In this document: piece by piece, positions 32,278-43,698 of the stretch
Numbering within the stretch: the first letter of the stretch is position 1
Layout: every line of letters begins with the position of its first letter
Origin: Trichosphaerium sp. ATCC 40318
Lineage: Eukaryota; Protista; Tubulinea
Assembly: GCA_038496445.1 (NCBI GenBank)
Contig: JALMLS010000423.1
Span: 186,001 to 250,000, forward strand
Length of the DNA: 64,000 nucleotides
Reading direction: 5' to 3'
Made by a program: the position numbers and the translations under genes
The notes under the pieces: generated by a model
The model's input: only the letters and a program-made list of their open reading frames with translations
Told to the model about the DNA's origin: nothing
Database searches by the model: none

Positions 32278-34411
32278 ATGGAGGAACCACCATATGATCC
32301 AGATGCTCCTTACGACCCTACTAATTTCGTTGGTATGTATTTTGTACCTTATTTCTCTTATTTACCATTACTATAGAGCCAGAAGGTGATGCAATGGAAC
32401 AGTATGGCAACTAACACTATTATAACCGCTAACCGTTCTAGGGACATTACTACGCCTCCAGGTACACCAGATGGACCTCCACCAGACCAAGCACCAGCAG
32501 TACGTCATGTTCAAATGTCTCATTTCAATAACTTTGACAAGGAGACAGTAACCGACGCTACGACGCAAGTCAACGAACCAGCTGTGTAAGAAATAGGATT
32601 TTGTGAATATTACTTGCAGTGGCATGTGGCATGGCTCAAACCATGAGCACACGCCGTTGCTAGCAAAGTTCGCTGCATGTACCAACAATACTGACAAAAA
32701 ATAGCGAAGCTGCAGACGATAAAGAAGCTTCAGGCGAGGAATACTCTTCAGATGACGAAGACGATATAGAGCTCGTAGTAGATGAAGTACGTCCTGTCAT
32801 TTTTATATCTATTTTCTTCACTGTTGGATCATGAGGCTTCTGTACGCGAGCGTACATTAACGGCGTTATTTTTAAGTTCGCTTGCACGTTTTCCTTACCA
32901 TTTATTTTCTTATGTAGTCTGTCGTTAAAGATACAGCACCTGTTCCGACACAAGCTCCAGGAGGAGCACCAGGCGCTCCAGGAAGTGCACCTCCTGCCAA
33001 GTTTCAATCTCATCATCAAACATATCAAAGAGGACAAGAAGGAACGCCAATAAGTATTTCTATTGGTGGTACAACAACAAAGGCATGTTTTTTTTTGTTT
33101 TTTTTTGTTTTTTTTTTTTGATGTCAGAGCGTCTCTGTTTATGTATTTAACGATGTATTACTTACTCTCTATCATTAGGGCATAAACGCACCCTTTAACT
33201 CAAGGCGGATACCTCAATTTCAAACTCCAGATAATGCTCCAACTATTTTTGAATTAGATATTGACTCATTAGAAGAAAAACCTTGGCGTAACCCTGGTAC
33301 ACATGCTCTTTCTTTTTTTTTTTTTCTTCAATCTCCATTGAACCAAAATCACTAAAGAGGCTTCGTGATGCCTCTCATTTCTGTAACACAATTTGTCTTG
33401 TCAATTGTGCGAACACGTCTAATTTAACTTTGTTAGGTGCTGATATTACAACATATTTTAACTACGGTTTCAATGAAGATACTTGGCGTCAGTATTGTCA
33501 AAAGCAAATTTCAATGCGACTTGATAATGGTGCAAACCCTTCAAGTGATCCTGTTCAAGGAGGTCAACCAAAGATATTCCCAGATCCATTACCACAGACT
33601 TCAAGACCACCATCACACCGACATAGAAACAGAGACCAGGTAAATACAACATCAGTAGCTTTATTTCTTATACATTTCTCTAGGATGACTCTGTCATACA
33701 AGAACTCACAGGGCCTGATAAAAATGATAAAAAACCACCTAAACACATGTCTGGTCCTCCACCACGTGGTGACTACCGTAATAGAGGTATGTGTCTTTAT
33801 TTGTTAGTATAGACTTGTAATTTATTGTTTGTTAAAGGACCTCCTCCACAGTTTCCTCCTGGTATGCCACCGCCTCCATTTCACAGAGGTCCAAATGGTC
33901 CAAGAGGACCAATGCCTCCATTCCCACCTGGTATGCCACCTCCACCTGGGTTTTTTAGAGGAGGACCTGGAGGATTCAGACCACCACCAAACATGCGTGG
34001 AATGCCACGACCTTTTGATGGGTAATCGATTTTTCTTCCTTTCTGTGTTCATTTCTCTGACTCTTTGTTGTAGTAGAGGTAGACCGCCTTTTGATAGACG
34101 TCATCGTAGAGATGATAGAGAAGGTAGGGATGGAAGAGACAGAGAAAATAGGGATAGAGATGGGAGAGATAGAGAAGGTAGAGATAGTAGAGATAGAGAT
34201 GGTAGAGATAGTAGAGATAGTCGAGATCGTGATGATAGGGATGGACATCGTGATAGGAGGCGAGATGATAAAGACAGAAGAGATAGGTAAATCATTTAAT
34301 TCACTTGTACTTTTTCTTCTGACACTTGTGTTAAGGCGAAAACGGGATCGTTCTGGCTCTAGAGAACGTAGTGACCGTGAGCGTAAGGATAAGCGTAAAA
34401 GACGTAGATGA
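32278..34411 (+). CDS. FIP1: Pre-mRNA 3'-end processing factor FIP1 (FIP1L1-like)
   Basis: Acidic N-terminus, Fip1 motif [38 protein letters not shown], Pro-rich region and RD-rich C-terminus. Confidence 0.93.
34105..34285 (+). repeat. AGAGAT-type coding microrepeat (RD/RE dipeptides of FIP1)
   Basis: Repeated AGAGAT/GGTAGAGAT units encoding RDRDGRDR. Confidence 0.85.
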
Positions 34412-34838
34412 GCTGAGTAGGCGATTTAAAGCGCAATTGTAAATAATAAGTAAAAAACAAGCCAGTTTATGAGTAGGCTCTTTTCCTAAAAAAACGTTGT
34501 GTTATGTTTTATTGGTTACAAGGCTTATAGCATTAAGTTACAAGTTCGTTTGCTGCCGAAGTTTTGGCTCGCACATAAGTCACTGTAGTTTGAGGCCTAG
34601 TACTGCAGGCTGATCCTCAAGTACAATGGTGGCGACGCAGGGATTTCCCTTTACGTGGCGTTGTCCCGGCAAACTCGGACCAAAGTTAATGTCAAAGAAT
34701 AATATGTTTACACCAACTTAAGGTGTTAAGTTGGTGTAAAAAACACAGTTTAGCATCAATTTTTTGGCGTTTATACGTGTTGTATCTTTTGCTAGTTTTG
34801 GGACCGTTTGGAGTGTACTGATTGTAAAAAAACTAAAT

Positions 34839-36155
34839 ATGGCGTCTGATGAGCGGGTAACGGTTTGGGGGTTTTATCCTTGTCATCACGCTTGTTTCTA
34901 GGTGTCTAGCTTACCTATGGAAATATATAGTCTAATAATTGCACAATTAGACCAAGAGCCTGATTTGGTGGCAGTAGCATGGACTTGTGTAGCGTTTTCC
35001 AGTATATGTGTTAATAAATTATTGAACGACGCCAAAACAAATGGTACACAAAATACCTAAAACTGTTCTTTTGACTCTATTTTTGAGGTGTGTACGACTT
35101 TAGCAAAATGAAGAAAGACAGATTCCAAAGAGCATCAGAACACGTGTTATCGTTAGGTATGTAATTGTAGTTAAAATTTACAATCACGTGATTGGCACAT
35201 GTTAACGTTAAAGTACATAGAGCGGATGAAGAGTTCCGTTGTTGCTTCTTTTCTGAATAAAGTTATTTTCAGGCAGCCTAAGAGCTATGTTGATTCTCTC
35301 CCCAAGCCTGTTGATACCACAATAAGAATCTTCTTGATTGGCAACAAAGCGAGTGGTGAGTTTTTAAATTGGTTAACGAAAGAACTTAACAAAACAAAAA
35401 GGTAGCACACAGCTGGTTGAGCGCTTTACAAAAAACTCCTTTACTGAGGCTTACAACCCTAAATTGGGCGATCTTGACATGGTGCAATTCTTTATAACAC
35501 CATTGACTTAAGTTAACCCACTTGTAGACACGAATAACACGTGATGTTGGTGGCTTTACCATGTATTGGACTATTGTAAGTACCAGTATAGTTATTTAGC
35601 TTGTTGACTTATCTTCAGAAACACACACGTATGTACCAGCAAAGATTCTATATTGGGCTCAATAAGGCTGACTGTGTTGTTGCTTGTTGTGATGTTACTA
35701 GTGAGGAGAGTATGTACAATGTATTGGCGTTAATGTAACTAATGATGTTAGGTTGGAATGGGGTAAAGGAGAAATGGATACCTGCAGCTAATGAATATGG
35801 TTCTGACAGTGCAATCATTGTTGTTGGACTCCTTAAAACCGATTTGGTACATAAACGCGTTGTATCAACACAGGAAGTGAAGGTGTGTAGCTTTCGTAGA
35901 AGTTGCTTTTCTAATACCAGTTTCTTGTCTTGAAACTATAAATTCCTATTTTTTTCCGTTTTGGCGATTATTAAGTTTTGTAACAACTAATCAACTTATT
36001 TTCAATAGGACTTCTGTGCACCACTCAAAATTTGTGTTATAGAAACTAGTGCTAAAACGGGAAGAAATGTTAAGATGTTATTTGAGTACCTTGCTAAAGC
36101 TTACATAAGACGTAGGGATGAACTTGAAGTTCAACAAAACTTGTTCAACGGGTAA
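34839..36155 (+). CDS. F-box + degenerate Ras/Rab-like small GTPase domain protein
   Basis: F-box SLPMEIYSLIIAQL..AVAWTCVAF. GTPase fold IRIFLIGNKASGSTQLVERF, ADCVVACCDVT, KEKWIP, IIVVGLLKTDL, IETSAKTGRNVKMLF. Confidence 0.8.
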
Positions 36156-36447
36156 TTGTAAAGAAGTTAAGGATATTTGTTAGCATAAATAAATGTAGGT
36201 CCACCCACACTTGTGGTTGAAATATACGTTGCTGTAAGTAATTACAAGGCCCCAGAACCTAAAAAACAACACCTTTTTATACTTTTTTTCTTCTTTTAAA
36301 GAGCTCAATCACATGCTCTCTTGTGTAAATACAAAATAGTCTTACCACTCCCAGTTGACACCAGCTGATATTCTAACATAGACATGAACACAAATTTAGA
36401 AAAAGGATATTTATTGGTGAGTCTGAGAAGTATGCTGACAATACTAA

Positions 36448-37855
36448 TTAGTTTCTGTTCCTTTGTAATTCTGCAAGACATATTACTTTAACATCAAATG
36501 TGGTAATTTTATGAACGCCAACAAGAGCTATTATACCTTCATCTGTTATCTTCTTACAATAACTAATATCAATTTCATGAACGCCAGCGAGAGCTTTTAT
36601 CCCTTCATCTGTAATATTACAATAGGCAAGATTAATTGTATGAACACCAGCGAGAGCTTTAAAACCTTCATCTGTTATCTTCTTACAATAACTAATATCA
36701 ATTGTATGAACTCCAGCAAGAGCTTTTATTCCTTCATCTGTAATATCACAATGGGCAAGATTAATTGTATGAACACCAGTGAGAGCTTTAATACCTTCAT
36801 TTGTTATGTTCTCACAATTTCTAATATCAATTGTATGAACTCCAGCAAGAGCTTTTATTCCTTCATCTGTAATATTACAATGGGCAAGATTAATTGTATG
36901 AACACCAGCGAGAGCTTTAATACCTTCATCTGTTATGTTAGTCATACAATAACTAAGATCAATTGTATGAACTCCAGCAAGTGCTTTGAGGCCTTCATTC
37001 CTTATCTTTGTGCCTCTTAGATCAATTGTATGAACACCAGCGAGAGCTTTAAAACCTTCATCTGTTATCTTCTTACAATAACTAAGATCAATTGTATGAA
37101 CTCCAGCAAGTGATTTTATCCCTTCATCCGTTGCATATGTGCTCCTGAGAGCAATTGTATGAATGCCAGCAAAAGCTTTTATACCTTCATCTGTTATGTT
37201 AGTACCACAGAGGCTAATGTTATGAACACCAGCAAGAGCTTTTATTCCTTCATCCGTAACTTCATACAACAGCTAAGATTAATTGTATGAACTCCAGCAA
37301 GAGCTTTAATGCCTTCATCTGTTATTGAACAAAGGTTAAGCTGAATTTTATGAACACCAGCAAGTGCTTTGAGGCCTTCGTTCCTTATCTCTGTGCCTCT
37401 TAGATCAATTGTATGAACACCAGCGAGAGCTTTAAAACCTTCATCTGTTATCTTCTCACAATTTCTAATATCAATTGTATGAACTCCGGCAAGTGCTTTT
37501 ATCCCCTCATCTGTAACATTTGCTTTAAACAGAGTAATATAACGAGCACCAGATAATAATTTGGCAATGTCATCAGTATCAAATGAGCTCAGTATGATTC
37601 TTGTGTGGCGTAGAGTACTTGAATGTTTTAAAACTGCTCTTGCTTGTTCGGCAGTCGAAATATGAACGCTACTGTATCCAATAATATCGTGAACGATAGA
37701 TGCAAGGTGCTTTAGTCGTTTGACGTAATATAAGTGCTAAAATCTCCTCCGGAAGGTCTAATAGGCTTTCTTTCGGACTATGGAGCGATTACATTGGGTT
37801 TATACACTAATTTGCACGTACGTTTGATCTATGGTGTTAGATGTGCCTTTTTCCA
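36448..37855 (-). pseudogene. F-box/LRR gene with two frame disruptions
   Basis: MEKGTSNTIDQT/PKESLLDLPEEILALILRQ (F-box start), frame switch near 37720, a second 1-nt shift near 37270 (AGC TGT TG TAT GAA), and ~14 LRRs ITDEGIKALAGVHTIDL. Confidence 0.75.
36480..37520 (-). repeat. 72-75 bp tandem LRR-coding repeats
   Basis: Near-identical units (...AATTGTATGAACACCAGCGAGAGCTTT..CCTTCATCTGT...). Confidence 0.9.
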
Positions 37856-38529
37856 TCTCAAGTGGCTTATTTCGTATTTCGGGCTTAGGAGTGGTTACAA
37901 ACAAGTTGAAATGAGATTATGAGTTATTTTAGGCTTAGAACAAGACTATGTCCAAAAAAGGCCGTAATAAAACTGCCCGAATTTGATTGTTTTACCAAAC
38001 GGTTTTGTTAATTTTATTCGACCATTCCCGCTCCTTTCTGTAAGTTCACAGTGTCATATCTATAACCCACTACGCTGAAAGAGTATTAACACACCACTGA
38101 GGTGGAACCTTACACGACAAGGAGGTGAGGAAAAAGTTGTGAAGTGATTTTGTGTGAGTGCCAATTCCTCATTCTAAAACTAGCTCATACCCGGTTTCAC
38201 GAGAATGAGTCTATGCTCTATACACTATTACTACGCGCATAGAACACTATCATAACAATTAGAGCGCCTCTGGTGGAGTTTTCTAGCAAAAGGAGAATAA
38301 AAACTGGATGTTCATCTAGGCCAGTAGTAAGATAGTGCTTAGGCTTAATTGAGCGTAGAAAAAGCGATATAGCGTATTTACAAGGACGGTGTAGAATTAT
38401 TACAGAAATGGATAGTAATGCGGGATATTATTCTGCGAGTTTCACCAGAAATGATTATGATGACAAACATACAACACAGTTTGTTCAAACTTGTAGAAAC
38501 GTTTGAAGTTGTTGCACTTTAGATATTTT

Positions 38530-38724
38530 CTGAAAATTCCCGATTTATCCCAGGATAGACTTTGATAACTCCAGGTGAAACAACAAGTGTAGCTGGAAAC
38601 AGTGAGCTAGTGACAGATGACATTAGTAGAAGTAGATCTAACTGAAAATTCCCGCTTTATCTCCGGTGAAACAACAAGTTAGCTGGAAACAGTGAGAGTG
38701 AGAGACATTGTAAAGGAAAGATCT
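38530..38724. repeat. Imperfect tandem duplication (~110 bp and ~85 bp copies)
   Basis: CTGAAAATTCCCG..GGTGAAACAACAAG..TAGCTGGAAACAGTGAG..GACATT..AGATCT occurs at ~38531 and ~38642. Confidence 0.8.
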
Positions 38725-39110
38725 TGCGCCCTACAATTATGAACTTATGGTTCGAAAGAGCAGAACACAAGTTCACCAAAAGTCAACTTATTCTTTATTT
38801 GGTTAAATTACTGACTTGGTCCGAAAAACAGATGACATCATATTTACTACTAAACAGCGCATACATTCATACCACTACTGTATGGCGTAATAAGTTATTA
38901 CATGTAATCTAACGCGTACATGACATAAATGTACGCATTCTAACGTCATACAGTGTTAGGTAGGACTAAAGATCCATTTAATACTGTGAATCTAGCGTAC
39001 AAAAGCACAATTACGTCACATCCCATTTTAGTTAAAACTACAAAGTAAAAACTACAAACTTAAATACAGCGAGACATGAAAACTCAACATTATTCAAACA
39101 ACACAACAAC

Positions 39111-39479
39111 ATGCGCACCTCAACACTGATACTATTATTTGTTCTACTAGCAACTGTTTTACTTGTTGCCGAAGCAAAAAAAAAGAAAAAGACCAAGTCT
39201 CGCAAGATCAAGCCAGGCCCAGAGTTGGAACATCCTGAACTGGGCAAAGATGACGATGACGATGACAATAACTCATTAGCTGGTCATGATAGAGAGGAAC
39301 CCAACGTATGCATTAATTGAAATATCTATTTCTAACGCTATTAGTATACCTGCACAATCTCACCAGGAAAGGTATGGGACTCTTGCCGTTGCAGAAATAA
39401 TTTATCAAAGTATCATTGTTGTAACTTCTTTTTTCCTTGTACAAACAACTGCGACAAGTTTTTATCTTGTATGACTTAA
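39111..39479 (+). CDS. Small secreted 8-Cys peptide precursor (109 aa, 2 exons)
   Basis: Signal peptide, then poly-K and poly-D segments. 39-nt intron at 39306-39344. Exon 2 encodes YTCTISPGKVWDSCRCRNNLSKYHCCNFFFPCTNNCDKFLSCMT*. Confidence 0.8.
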
Positions 39480-40089
39480 CCAAAATCTTAATAAACGTAT
39501 TCTATATGTCTGCATCCCTTAAAATGGTGAATTTCCTGTCATTTGTGGTGTACGGTATTATAACAATACAACAAAATTCGCACAGTTTTCATATTTTGGC
39601 CTGTTGCAAAGAAAACTCGCAGAATTAGCCTTCATAGCTTTTTGCACAAACAAGCTTCTAGCTTCAAAACATTTACAATCAATATTAAAGGATCACAATT
39701 TACCAATTAACAATCAAGAATTAAGTCAGATTATTATACAAGATTCGTTTAAAATAGAATTGTCAACGTACGTTGGAATTATTGGTTTCACTGCAAAAGC
39801 ATAAACTTGGGACGATGTCAGAATGTATTTTTTATATTTTAACAAAGTTGAACGATTAGTGAGGTGGTGGTAAAAATGCACAACGCGTAATAAATTGTCC
39901 TTTTACTGACTGTATTAATAACATTTATAGTTGGTGTATAGCACTTTGTTTTTCATTGTCACATTGATCTGTATTTTTTATTCATATTTTAACACTAAGG
40001 TGTTTCGAGGGTACATACGTGACGTGGTAAGTCTTTCAAAGGCGATGTAAGTACAACAGGATACCAAGCTGTAATTTGTACGGACAATG

Positions 40090-40405
40090 TAATAAAGTGT
40101 CCCTTTTAGTGCACTGTAAGCTAGTATTAACGAAACGGTATTCAATAAGCTAAGTCTATTGGCATGTATTGTCTTCATCTATACTCCTGATTTCTAACTT
40201 GCACATTGTAGTCAAGCGAACTTTTAGAGACAGGCATTTTTTTAATAATCAACATAGCATGCACTTAGTGTACAATGCGTCTGCACACTCTTCAGTAACA
40301 TTAGTTCCATACAAAGTTATATATCGGACACCAAACAATGCTTTTATACCCTCATCTGTTACTAGTCTACATGCTTTCAAGTTGATAGTGTGTACGCACC
40401 CACAA
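40090..40405 (-). pseudogene. Degraded LRR gene fragment of the same family as 36448-37855
   Basis: CVHTINLKACRLVTDEGIKALFGVRYITLYGTNVT at ~40265-40400, plus a frameshifted IHAIDLAY remnant near 40150. Confidence 0.6.
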
Positions 40406-40416
40406 ACCACTAGAAG

Positions 40417-40716
40417 ATGGAACACCTACCAACAGAAGAAAACCCGCAGTCGAAACTACTCAGCAATTATTCTGCCTCTTGGCTGCCAGTTGAATTAGTA
40501 GTTCATATTCTCAAGCGTGGGATGTTCACTCTTTGCTCAGCCCAAACATGCCTTACTGACAGGCATTTAAGCCTTCTTTTGCTAAGAAGTAAGGTTGTTG
40601 TAACGCTTCTTAGAACTTGTTTTCCACAACAAAGCATAGAAGTGGAGAGCAGAATGAAAATGAGTTTGATTACGAAAAAACACGTGTTCCGAGACATTCC
40701 TTCCTTTTACTGCTGA
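40417..40716 (+). pseudogene. Possible F-box remnant
   Basis: WLPVELVVHILK resembles an F-box start; no convincing continuation. Confidence 0.3.
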
Positions 40717-40777
40717 GGACAATCTGAAACACAATCATGCAATTATTGAACCACAATCAAAATAGAAGTGTTTTATT

Positions 40778-42195
40778 CTATGTTATTTTATTCAATGGCA
40801 ATAGAGAGGCTGAACTTCGTACAGTAACATCTCCACCATTATCAGGAGGACAAGACTTAAGCCTATGACAAGCAAGTGGATCTTGATTATATAAAGAAGG
40901 AAACAAATAATCAGGCGAACAAGGAGTACCAAAAGTTCCATTGTACCTTGAAGTATGAGCAACTTGATGTGGACAGAAACCTTTAGTGTATGCAACAAAT
41001 CTACTAAATCCACTTCTTGTACCAACAAGGACATCCACGTGATCAAGAAGAAAATAATCAAGCCAAAGTCTTAGAATGTCCTTATCACTTGTAACACTAT
41101 CTTTTTCTTGTTTATCTTCATGAACAAGGCTGTGTTTTGGTATTCCAGGTACGAACACAATTCTATTTGGGTATCTATTTTTGAACACATTGGTGGCATT
41201 ACTGTCATCAGCTGATATAAATATTGTATTGATTTTATCTCCATAGCTATCAATACAATTATAATAAAGATCAAAATCTTGAAAGCTTCGAATACCTCCA
41301 CTATCTCCGAAGTGACCAAGACGTATATGAATACCAATTGATTTTGTTTTGTTATCAAAGTTCTTTTTAACAAACTCATTGACAGTATTTATAATGAGCT
41401 TAGTTGGTTGTATTACAGCCATTGTAACCGCTCCAATGAGCATATCAAAATCTGTACACATATAAGTACGACCACTTATCTCAGTTTGAAGTTCAAGTTT
41501 TTTTCTATCAATTTCACCGTTTGGAAAATAATAATGCCATTCCAGATCTTTTAATAGTTGTTGGCTGAATTGGTGTAAAACAAAGTAACTTTCTGGTGCT
41601 AGTATATCACCATTCATCACATAAATACTTTCATCACCAGCAGGAGAGAATCCTGAGATGTTCTTGTTAGCAACATACTGCGGATACCTACTTTCATCTA
41701 AAGTCCAATTAAATCTCCAACCAGTTACAGCTCTCCAATGAGGCATTGAATTGACGTCAATGAAGAAAGCTCGCTCAAATTGTATTGCTTGTAAGAAAGC
41801 AGTCATTGTCCCTTTTATCTGATCTCCAAGTCCATTGCATCCGGATATACATGATTGTATAAGAATCCGTTGTTTATTAAAAGGTTTTTTTAACTCTTTC
41901 TCTCTGAACGATACATATCTCGAAAGCCAAGGAGGATACTCTTCCAAGTTTGTGCTCCAGGAGGGTTTGCCTTTGTTGCCTTCCCTATATTGTTCACTCC
42001 AAGATTTTCTAGGGTGTAACGTTGGGTGAGGTGTTGGCGCTAAGGTAGGATTTGGTGTTGGTGCTAAGGTAGGGCTTGGTGTTGGCGCAAAAGTAGGATT
42101 TGGTGTTGGTGCTACGGTAGGACTTGGCGTTGGCGACATAGTGTCCGAACCAGTAGCTACTGGTGTAGAGGTTGATATATCCAATGTTAATTCTA
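40778..42195 (-). CDS. GT-B fucosyltransferase-like protein (GT11/GT23/NodZ-type motifs) with a Pro/Thr stalk; 5' exon(s) unresolved
   Basis: CNGLGDQIKG, IGIHIRLG (motif I), IFISADD (II), DYFLLDHVDVLVGTRSGFS (III). (APTPxPTx)n stalk at ~42020-42135. Confidence 0.8.
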
Positions 42196-43698
42196 CCTAA
42201 CAAAGCTTAGTGAGTAACAATAGAAGATTAAATTATTAAACACGTGTTAAAGAGTACTGTACTTTTTTTGGAGTAGGAAAATTGGTAAACGCATGGGGCT
42301 AAAAAAGGCACATGAACGGACTTAAGTCGGGTTTTTCATTTAAAGCTGGACATTTTTTTGTACACAACTTTAAGTGACGCAGTCACTTAAACTCTTTTTT
42401 GCAAAGAAATGGTATGTGAGCGGTCTTGTTTAGGCCAAATCTTCAGTAGTATGTCAAGTCATGTCAAGTTAACGCTTTAGTTGTTTTTTACTTTTTCGCC
42501 AAAAAGGAAACCCAGCAAACAGTCTTTATGCTTCAGTTTTGTTTTTTCAAAAATGTAGTACAGCGCCCTGCGGTCTCATTGCACATGTTTGTTATTGAAA
42601 GATTTTTTCTGTTGATAGTAAGGAAAAGGTACAGATTATGTCAGACTGTGGTACAGTACGCTATTTGGCCCATTTACGCCACACTCTTAACAGTAAGAAT
42701 TAATAATTTTGTGCTTTTCCCAAATTTGTTTAATGTTGTGTTTGGTTTTGCTATGCGCGTAAGGCATTAGTTACAAATTAATAGGTCTAAGGTTTTTCTC
42801 TGACATACAAGGTCCTCACGACAAAAACGTCAGAAGCTCAATTTGACATCTGGGATCACGTGATTGGTTTTATTGTACGTACGTTCTCGTCTGTAGCGAT
42901 GTAACTACCTCTGGATGAGCGTTGTAATATATTGTAATCTCCGATGAACAGATAGACTATAACGAGTACCACAACTACAGACATCGCTGGTGCTTGGCTT
43001 TTCTATTGTCAAACAACATTAGGTTTTTTTTAACAGTTTGTTATATTGTGTGTACAATAGCTTTCGTGATATCCACTATCGTGCCCATGCGTTTAAGGTG
43101 CTTTTGTCCCAAAATATCTTCAATCTCCTAAACAAAATCACAACGTAACAAAATTGTGAGTTCAAATTTTCCCTTTTCTGCATTTCCAGTCACTTAATCA
43201 TAGCTTTATTGTTCTCTTTGTTACTTGGATAATGTACATGTACGTTTTAGCTTAGTAGCATTTTAAAATCTTTTTTTTGTGAAATAAGTGCTCAATCTGA
43301 CTTATTTCTCGGTCACGTGACAATTTAAAACACGAGATGTTGTTATTATCATGATATCTACTTTCTGGGTTGATAAAAATTTTTTATATTTCACAGCATG
43401 GTAGAACGCACCATTTTAAGACATGGTAAAAAAAAAAAACCGCACAAACTATAGATATCTACGGGTGACTTTGCTCAAAGTCATACTCTAATCTTTGTAG
43501 GGCAAGAGCATAAAATTTTCAGTTTTCTTTTTAGCTTAAGTTTTGCTTTATAGTTATCTGTGGGCATAAGGTATTCATTACAAAAGTTCGTAGCCATATA
43601 AAAATGTCCCAGTTAAGTGACACCTTCGCCGTTGTTTTTTTGACCCTGGAACACTTCGCGTTGACTTACATCTTTTGTAGAGTAGCTATAATTGACTA

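Noticed and set aside
33976-34411. Alternative-frame ORFs rich in I/E/S/L dipeptides
   Set aside because: Other reading frames of the FIP1 RD repeat.
36511-37020. 169-aa plus-strand repetitive ORF
   Set aside because: Antisense shadow of the LRR repeats.
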